Shown in pieces: positions 43,149 to 52,682 of a DNA stretch of 64,000 bases. Numbering within the stretch: position 1 is the stretch's first letter; every line of letters begins with the position of its first letter. Both the position numbers and the translations under genes were made by a program. Source of the stretch: Lepidodermella squamata (lineage: Eukaryota > Animalia > Gastrotricha); the NCBI GenBank assembly GCA_047495785.1, contig JBLDXI010000004.1, positions 1,736,001 to 1,800,000 of the forward strand. Reading direction: 5' to 3'. The notes under the pieces were generated by a model. That model worked only from the letters and a program-made list of their open reading frames with translations. It had not been told where the DNA came from and searched no databases.

Positions 43149-45202
43149 ATTTATTTTTGAAAAACGTTTGACAAATAAAGAGGCGACATACTATTTGAAA
43201 TTGTTGTTCATTTTGTTCCTCTTCGCTTTTCGAAAACAACGTATGTTGTATACGTGCACAGTCCCTCCATTGTGTTTGTATCGCGCGACGGGACTGGCGC
43301 TGAGAAGGCGGCGGACTGCACACTGTGTGGGGGTGGGACTGGCACTGCGAGGCGGCGGGCCGCCCGCGGTTTTGGTTACGAACGCGAGCATTTATAGCCT
43401 CATGCTGGGCTATAAATTTGACGACAAACAGCGTTTCACCTATTTATATAGCAAATTTGAGGCTGCTCCCATGTGTAACAGTCTACTATGGCCTGCCGTC
43501 AACTCCGCCGCCAACCTACACCTGCACCGGCCTGCCACGGCCTGCCACTGATTGCTGCGTTTCGGCATGGCCCCTAAATACGGTGGACAACGGAAATATT
43601 GATGAATTGATCGAGAAATGGCCGGAGTCTTTTAACTTCAGGAACATCTCAGATGACGTAACTCCACATAATCAAAAGGTTCCAAGACTTGTTAATCTCA
43701 ACTCCAATAAATGCAGAGATTGTTTTTTATCTCATCAACAATCGCCAACACTTGCTTGTTAGGCGAAGCCGTACGGACGCGACAGCTCGCCATTCGAATT
43801 GTTGAGCCAATTCGCAGCATTTTTCCACATATATATAACCCATTAGGAATTCAAGCAGTGTCTGTGCTTGAAGCCTTAATAGTCGCCAATTCAATCGCCG
43901 ACTCGGGGGAGTGTTTCTTCAAATAATTCCAGCAGCCAGCAAGGGTGGGCCTTCCGCTACCGGCTACGGGGCGAGCCGCTCCCCCACCCTTCCATCCGGT
44001 GCGAATTTCTCACGGACTACCGATCCCTTCCTTCGCTACCTGGGAATCTTCCGTCTGCCGACTTGGATCAGCACTGAGTCGCATGGTCAGCCATTTTACA
44101 ACTCCGAACTGTGACACCAGACGTAGATGCGGCGCTTAGTTACGCCGGACATTTGTCCGGACATTGGAATCCATTCTAAAGATAAATGTTCTGTAGAGCA
44201 CTCTAAAAATAACTCACCCAAATACGACCCTGCTGCTGGGCGAATATATTTGAAACAGATTATTGATCCTAATGGCATGATTGCCGACCACTTCATTAAC
44301 ACTTCAACTGCCGAAAATAGACTGCGAGATCGATATTTGGATCCAAATCCTGGGACTGTCAAAAGTCGTTTGGGTCAGCGATACGTCGTAGGGCAAAATG
44401 TTGGCCATGACCCAGCTGTTTGGGGCCAACGACTTCAAGGAACGCACAAGGAATCAACTTGCAAAAATAGTGAAATTTCGATTGATGCGCTATAATCCAG
44501 ACGACATAATCTGTGTCCAAAAATTTGGTCCAATTCTTGGGTCTGGTTTTGGCTCTAATCCAAAATTTCAAATTTATTTCGAAAGTCATTTTCAAAGACC
44601 TGCTCAGACCTTGTAAGCCCAAACTCGGTGTCAAGAGAACCGCCGTGTCATGGCCTACATTTTGCCCTACGACGCATCGTTAACCCGAAAAAGGACTATT
44701 GACAGACCCATGATTTGGATCCAAATATCGATCTCGCAGTCTATTTTCGGCAGTTACAGTGTTAACTAACAGCGATGCCTCCCAAAAAGAAATTTCGAAA
44801 TTGCTTGCCTCCCCAATATTAAGATTTTGTTATCTTCGGAAGCTCGACCCTTATGAAATATCTCGTATAACATTCAAGTGTAGGTGTTAACTTTTGTCGC
44901 CTTGTCAATTTTAGTAGTGCCTCGCCAACTAGCCGCTAGGCTGTGGTATTTACGCTGCAGTAGCCACATAGCAGTTGACATCGCGGAGAACAGTGCGGTT
45001 TTTTGCATTTAAACAAAACTATCGTTAGGGTGCTGGACGTAACGGTTTTCTTGAACCCTAGATGCTGCTCAATCGACGAAGAACACTGATTCAGAATTGA
45101 GAGTGAATAGAGACAATAAATTTTATTTTGCACTTGGTTAACACTCGAGAAAAAGTAAAGTTGTTGAATCGAAAATCTTTTTCCGTCATTCCACTGGTTT
45201 CA

Positions 45203-45320
45203 ACAAGCAAGCTGCTTTATTCTTTGAATTATTTAATAAAGCACCGGCCACGGGTGAGCTTTGGGCGCACACATCAAAGTGCCACTTCGCGCGTGATTAC
45301 AAGTAATGATAATTGTAGAT

Positions 45321-45355
<35 letters not shown>

Positions 45356-48336
45356 TTTTATTTGGTTGTACTGTGTCAATAATAACAATGCCTTTAAGAC
45401 GCAGTGGTATATATTTCTTAATTTTAGTTGGATAATATTTTGATTAATGGTTGGATTGATTGTTAGCGTATAGATGATGATTTAGGATTCTAATTCCATC
45501 TTTTAGAACTTGAAGGGCGATTTCCACTGATTTGCTGCTGCTGATGCCGTAATCCTGAAGTAGTTTTACCGCTTCTTTTGTCAGTGAGCCACGGGCGCCA
45601 ATGTAGAGGCCGCGTACTTCGACCGAGTCCAGGTCGAAAGCTTCACAAATAAAGTTACTGCACGGTTCATATATTGAACGCTTTTCCAGATCTACAGCTG
45701 TAAATTGGTCTTCAGTTGACTCGAATCTAATCGTCGGGTCGATAATTAATCCATGTCTACTTCCCTTTTGGACTGCTAAAAGGGTCGAATCGTCGCGTTG
45801 AACCATTGTTGGCGATGCAATGTCCTTCCTCAGTCACTTTGAGGCCTTGGCTACGTAATTCAGCCGCAGTCTAGAAGTAATCAGCAACGAGTTGAAGGGG
45901 CAAGCGCGGAGGACGAGGGGAAGGGTTTCAATCTCAGCGCCGCATCTGCGACACTGGGTACCGTCCTGACTGACACCTGGCCCACCTCTCACCGGAGCCG
46001 TATTCGTTGACATCTTAATTGCCATTGTCCATTCTGCTACACTCAAGCCATTCCTTCGCAGAACCCAGTTGTTTGTTTTAGGCACACATTTAAACTGAGA
46101 CACTCCTTTTCCTTTCTGTTCCAGGCTGCACCAAAATTGGAATTCTCGTTCTCTCAAATTGCTGCGTATAGCTTTTACGTGTGGCGGAAGGTTCTTCTCT
46201 GCCTCATGTCCATCATTTTCATCCAACTCTTCTTCAAGATTGAATTCGAGGTTTTCGTCCGAGGCTAAGTCGATATCAATTTTGGCAAGGCATTCCTCCA
46301 TTTCACCTTCCAGGTCCCTACAAGCCATCACAAGCGGTTCGCCATGGATGAGAAGCTTCCTGCAGATGTTATATATTTGTAAATACGCTTCCCAAGATGC
46401 TTTTGTTAGACCAAGACCACGGTGTTTTCGTGGTGCGTATAAGAAGCTCGATGGCGTACTGGTAGGAAGACCAATGAATTCTTTAACAACACTTCGTAGG
46501 ATCACATCAACGGAATCAAGGAAGGTCTTCCTTATAGCTTTGACTGGGGCCGTTTGAAAGGGATAGATAAGCTTTGGCCAGATAAATTGCGTTAGAATTG
46601 TTAGTTTTTGGTCCGCAAGCAAAACATTCGATTTCGCGAGTAGTTCCAATTGCTCCTTCAATTCTGAAATGACAGCTCCTTCATCGAAAATAATCTCGTC
46701 GTTAAAGGTTACTCCTAAGTATCTAATGGATTCATCCTCTTTGATAGCCGGAATCAAATCACCGTTGTTCAAGACCAAGGGTTCAGGATTAAGCTTTCCA
46801 TTTTCGACAATAATTGCCACGCATTTCTTCACATTTACTTCGAGTCCAATCTGTACAAATAGGTTTCTTGCAATTTCGACAAGCGTGGCAGCTGATTCGC
46901 GGCTGTTCCCAACAGGCGTAGTGTCGTCAGCGAAACCAAGAACAGAAACATTCGGAAGATCTGAGGAGAGTTTGAAACCATACTCTTCAGCTACTTCCCG
47001 CTCAGATAGCTCACGTAGAACGAAATCAATGCAAAGATTAAATAGAGTTGGTGAGATAGGTGAACCTTGCATAACTCCGCGTTCAAACGAGATTAGAGAA
47101 GTTTTAAGGCCATTTGCTTCAATTTGTGTAGAGTTATTAATTACTAGCTCCATTAGCATAAAGCGAAGGTCACTCGGGATGGGCAGATATTCCAATGTTT
47201 TCCGTATATGTTCGAAACCAACGTTATCGAAGGCTTTGGCTAAATCCAAGAAGGTCACAACGCAAGTAGATTTGTCTGCTTTGGCTTTTCTAAGACACCC
47301 AGAGACAATCGAAGCATTTATATGGGTGCCTGGGCACGAAGTGAATCCACGCTGATTCGATGAGAAGCATACGTACTCTCTAAGCCGGCGGTCCAGCATT
47401 CGTTCGAACACACGTCTCACGAGGGATGTTATTGTTATTGGGCGCCAGTTGTTCGGGTCATTGAGGTCGCCTGATTTATCAATAAGCACAGTTCTCGCAA
47501 TCCGCAGGCTGCTCGGAAGAAATCGGCGTTTCAACATGAAATTGTAAATCAAGACGAGTACATCAAGGCAACCCTCTGCATGAATAACTCTCATGAGTGT
47601 TCTATCCGGTCCAGGAGACGTGTCAAGGGCAATTCCAGCAGCTGCTGCCTTGATCTCACCTACGTTGGTGTCTAATTCGAAACTCGAGTCAATATTTTTC
47701 TGATCACTATCTGATATTGGACTTCCATAGGACGGTCTTGTTGCGTCAGCTATCAGTAATAGATAAACTAACCAATCAGCGCGCCCTCTAGTCCGCATCA
47801 TTCGTTTCTGACATACATGGCGTATTATAATTGAATCAGGATAAGCATAGTGCAAACGTGGGAATGGACATGTCGGGACCGTCTCGTGCAGTGCAATTAT
47901 CAACTTCTTACCCACGAAGAAACAGACAAGAATCATAGTGATACGCCGTTTAAAAGCAAATTTTCGCGGGGTAGAATATTCTTGATTGCGTTGGATATAG
48001 TCCTTTTTGCAGCGAAGTCTTACAGAGGATTTCCATCGGGTCAGGACTTGTTCGAGATAAGCAACTAACGCAATCGTGACAGTAAGTGAGGCAAAGAGCC
48101 AGATTTCAGGTTTCAAAAACGAGTAAAAGGCGGTGAAAGCGTCGAAGAATGCGAAGTATCCCCATGATTTTGATTATAGTTTTATATTAGTTTTATATTA
48201 TATATTAGTTATAGTTAATAATTATCGAGGTGTTACGTTGTTTCGATAATAGCGACAGGTGGATACACAGTAGATTTTAGCGTTGTACGATAGAGATGAG
48301 CTAAGGATATTATTCTAGATCTGGTTTCACTGCCGA
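45203..48336 (-). mobile_element. 5'-truncated RLE-type (R2-group) non-LTR retrotransposon insertion
   Basis: RT motifs SPGPD, WRPITI, QRGF, FLDLAKAFDNV, GVMQGSPISPTLFN, FADD, YLGV. Zinc knuckle CRRC..ETL...C, then restriction-like endonuclease IIDPTIRFE..EKRSIY in a frameshifted ORF (45444-45806). TSD CCACTGGTTTCA at 45191-45202 and 48337-48348. Confidence 0.85.
45322..45350. repeat. (AG)n microsatellite in the retroelement 3' region
   Basis: ~14 AG units. Confidence 0.95.
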
Positions 48337-48568
48337 CCACTGGTTTCAGCAAAATGGCGTGTATCGACTTGCTCCCCGCGATCTCAGCAAATCAGCAACA
48401 TCGGTTTTCTTATTGCAAATCGCGATATCAAGAGCTGTGTTAAAGCCAAATAAACTTTGAGCATCCTTATTTGCACCTCTATCCAGCAGCAGTCGAGCTA
48501 CTTCGATTGTCCCCTTATAAGCCGAATACATCAACGCCGACCATCCATCGTTATCCTTGGCCTCGATG

Positions 48569-51500
48569 AGTGGCGCCGAAAAAAATGAATTTGCCGAAAA
48601 GGCAACAATAAAAAATTCCAAACCCGCCTTTACCTTTTCGAGATAACGTAGTAAAACACCCCCCTTGGTCTGCTTTTTTTCAACCTGCTTTTTTTCAACC
48701 TGAAAGAAAGCAGCTTTAAGGGCATCGGGACCACTGGTCTCTAGATGGGTCCACTGGGCCCAAGCCCTTGGGAATAATTTCCCCAAATAAACGGGCCGAA
48801 GCACTGGAACCTTGACTTGGTGGCTGCCCCAGCAAACTTTGTGGGATACTCCGAGCCATCAGTTGCCTAATACCAGTGCATCTACCGGTTAGACTACCGG
48901 TTTGGGAAAACTTACTGACTCCCATTGTATCCTGCTACGCTACCTAGTAATGCGTGGTGTGCTACCCCAGCCCTCACTACCGGTGCCAGATGTCTGTGTG
49001 CTTGTCGTATAGGGCTCAGATGAGATTGCTTGTAGCGGGAACACCCACTACACCCAGTACGGGTTCTCCGGACTGGCTCCCCAAAAAAAAACCCCCTTGA
49101 ACAGCATCTAAGCAACTGTAAGGCCCACGTCCTCGAGCTTGGTGTCATTCGATAGCCCGTCATTTCAATATGCCAGCAAACCTTTTTCAGCCAGTTCGGG
49201 TGATTTTCCTATTTTTAGTGAATTTTTGAATGATTTTGTCGAAGTTGTTGTTGTTGTCGATCGATTGCAAAAAATCGATAACCGATAACGAAATATAGGA
49301 GGATAGAGGTAGGCGCTTAAAAAATGAGGCTTGAGAAAAAAACGCTGCCCTAACCTTGCCCTCCCCCATGTGGTGGGGGAGGGCTTCAAAGCTCCAATGC
49401 TTTTGATGACGTCAGGATGCGTCGTCGAACTTATTCAGCTTCAGCGATCGCAGTGTCTTACGACGCGACAGTCTACAACAGGTCATATTATGTTAGGTGC
49501 CAAGATTGTTCTTGGGCGTTGATAGCTCTGCACGGCTCAATAATATAGGTATACATTGTTCATTCAAAAAACTGTCCATGTTCTGAAGTTTTCAATGTAC
49601 AAAGGAAACTCAATACACGCGTCCCAAGCTGCAGCTTCTCCAATTAAAAAATACCCGTGCACCCTCAAAACGACTGCTATTCCACTTCATTCACCATAGC
49701 GTAATGTTTTCAGGTCAGCAGGACGTGCGCAGTTTAGGAAAGGCCCCCAACTTTGTTAATTGAAAAATTGCGGAAATCCAAGCGCGAGGTAGTCACAGCT
49801 CTTATTTACCCCTCAAACTGCCTATAAGTGGGCCGTACTTGTCACTTTCCCGCGGTACTATGAGAATAGCTTTTCCTGACTTTTCCTCTCATTTGTGTGC
49901 TCGCTTGTCAAAAAATCGTCAAGTTCGTTATAAAGCATCTGATGTGACATCATCGCCTAGAAGCAAAATGGACGACTGACGAATTCGTCAAAACGTGCTT
50001 TTTTACTAAATGTGACGTTAACACTTAACGCATGCTTCATCAAAAATAAGCTATTAGGGCAAAGCTTTAAATGGCTTAGAACCACATAATTACAAGCTCC
50101 CTTTGTCTGATTTAAGTCATTTCCCAAAGCCGTACACTATTTCAAGCGATAAGAAACACTACCAGTGGGTTATATCAGCAGAAATGTCGGAATCAGGGTC
50201 AGTTTCAGCGGAAAATTCGACTTCAGAACAGCTCTACGTTGATTATGATTTTTTGGCGGCAAGGCGCTTGAGAACATTTTCGACTTTGAATGAAACGAAA
50301 TTACCGTATTTCTCGAATATTTACCACGGGCTATACTATTTATGAGTGAATGATTTTTTATTCGGGTTGTATTAATGAGTGGGATATAGTATACGGATGT
50401 ACTATTTAATTGCGAATAATCACAAAAAGCCGTGAGCAATTCATATCAAGACGACGTGTTTGGATTATTTTATTTGTCGATTCATTGAAAAAGTGAAAAA
50501 GTTAAGTTTGGCCTACAAACAAAAACAATCATCATTGCAATCATTGCGATAGCGATTGCGAAAATCAGGGATTAGGGTCATGCGTTATTAATGCGTTATT
50601 AAGGCATTCAATTTTTTTCAACGCGTGCATCGCTACAAGTAAAGTAGCTGCGTGTCAATTTCGAGGCTAGGGTTAATTATGAACTAATGATTTTTTCGTC
50701 GGGTTGTCTTAGGTAGCGCGGATACATCGTTAACAGCGGCCAAAACAACCACAAAGATGACTCATTCAATCGTACTTCTAGCCACATAGCGTAATGGTGA
50801 AGTACGTTAGGCTTTTTGAGCACCGATTTTTTCATCTATCGAACGAACTTTCCTCATAAAATCTGTAAATAGTAAAGTGGTTGTTTTTGCGCGTCGCAAA
50901 CGATATACTTTCTAGAAATACGGTATTTACTATTTCGATACCACCAGCTCGGAAACCAGCGGCAACGTTGCTAGCACAAAATTGAGTGAGGCCACTAAAG
51001 AGGTGTTTCAATAAGCTGCTTCAGGAAGACCGGAACATTTTTCAGATCTGTCAAGCCCCTGAATCTATTGCGCCGCATTACCGCTCACCAGCCCTCTTTA
51101 GATGGAACATGATAGATCAATTAAATGGAGCATGTCCGTTAAGCCAGGTGGAAATCGAATTAGCTCGCTCGGTGTTTTGCTCCACAACTAACTCACAAAC
51201 CTCATACGTCAGGTGAGATCCGTGACCATCCCAAAGGACAAAACCCTCATCCTTGACTTAATACTTGGAGACTTGGGGTTTTGACCCGCACCCCGGACCC
51301 AGGTCGGTGAAGCTGCCGGGACTCGAAAAAAGTCGACGTTTTCTATGCAGATTTAGGCTGCGATAAAGGTTAAGATGGTTAAGATGTGAAACTATCCATC
51401 CTCTAATGTTGTCAAAATCTCGCGGTGCAAAGGTCAACATCTGCAAAGTAAACAAAAACGCGTGCCTAGACCAAAGCATTTAATAAGGTCATTTTTCTCT

Positions 51501-52682
51501 CATTTCTACGAAAATTGTCTCGTCCAAAATGAATGAAAATGATACGCCTGTAATATTTCCTGACTTTCAAATGAATCTAAGCTCATCGCGCGCCAAAATA
51601 GAGAAGACGCGCTATTGTTAGACAAAAGCGGTCGGAAACTTTTGAAATTGAAATTGTTTGACATTTGCCGGGACGGTAAATTTCAAAATTAGAAAAATTA
51701 TAAATAAATTTAGGTGCGCCTAATTCGCCAGCAGAGTTCCAAATGTTCTCACTATCTAACTGGCCTAAGCTCCGATATTTCTCCTGATTTTTTTCCGTTT
51801 TGGCATCATAGGTTTCCCAAAACCATGTCCATAGGACTCGTGCGAACCTTCAGGTTTCCCACGGGCTTCAAAATGACAAAATGACAAAAATAGATCCCCA
51901 CTAAGAAACGAGGCATTTTTGGATCATTTTCAGACCCAAAATTGAAGGAAAATTGTCAGTTTCGCTCGCGAGTGGCCTACTTACGAAGACGTTTAATGAC
52001 AGCCTCACTGATTAAGGGACGGTAATGTATACAATTAATTTTTTTAAACTGATCCATGATTTATGTCTCCTGCTATTTATTCAATCCACCTTTATTTTGG
52101 TTTGTGTTTTGTGAATAAAACATTTTTTTTGAATAAAAATTCGACTTAAGACATTCTCAGTCAGTTGATCAAGGTCCACGGCTTACGATGGTCTCAAAAC
52201 TAGAGCGGCATTCACAAAATGTATGTGCGTAGTGCTTTCATACAAAATGCACCCAAATTTGGAAATGGTATAAGGGCAGCAGTCAACTCGGATTCTGAAT
52301 GCTCCACGGTTAACAAGTGCTATGAAGTACTTTTAGGTCAGGTTATGCCATTGAATACTCGGGTTTAGACTGTATTCGGTGGTGAAATTATCCGACCTAA
52401 GGAGTGTTGGCTGTAGCTTGCAATGACCTCCTTAACAAGCCTAAGGCCGGATTGTTCGGCGATGTCAGCGAAATCTATTTGCTTCAGCGTATTTTGCAAT
52501 CAACTCGAATAACTCGTATTCGTATAGACGGATCTATTTGTTCACTGAGGGCACTGAATGGGAGGGGGCCGAAACACCCCTCCCTTTGGGAGGGGCTTAC
52601 GGGGTGGGATGGCATGCTGCGCAGTGGACTCTAACAACTAAACTATAGAACCGAAAAAAGCTGCTCGCTCTTCGGTATGCTG
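48569..52682. mobile_element. Unclassified 4.1-kb insertion with 4-bp TSD (GATG)
   Basis: Clean interruption of an ankyrin repeat; only weak end similarity (AGTGGCGCCGAA.. / ..TTCGGTATGCTG); GC-rich hairpins at ~49357-49385 and ~52560-52600; no transposase ORF. Confidence 0.7.
50304..50923. mobile_element. TA-flanked MITE nested in the 4.1-kb insertion
   Basis: TIR CCGTATTTCT(C/A)GAA / TTCTAGAAATACGG with TA flanks; same terminal style as 1078-1508. Confidence 0.65.

Larger units (their letters stand above)
38273..43574 (+). mobile_element. Zator DNA transposon, 5.3 kb, two genes
   Basis: TIR GGGACCGTGCCGAAA / TTTCGGCATGGCCCC, TAA duplication at 38270-38272 and 43575-43577, empty site in the paralogous unit at ~22605-22635, Zator-type transposase inside. 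Confidence 0.85.

Noticed and set aside
48569-52682. Insertion in ankyrin copy 3 as an intron
   Set aside because: No GT/GC..AG at the junctions on the coding strand, a 4-bp duplication is present, and paralogs are uninterrupted there
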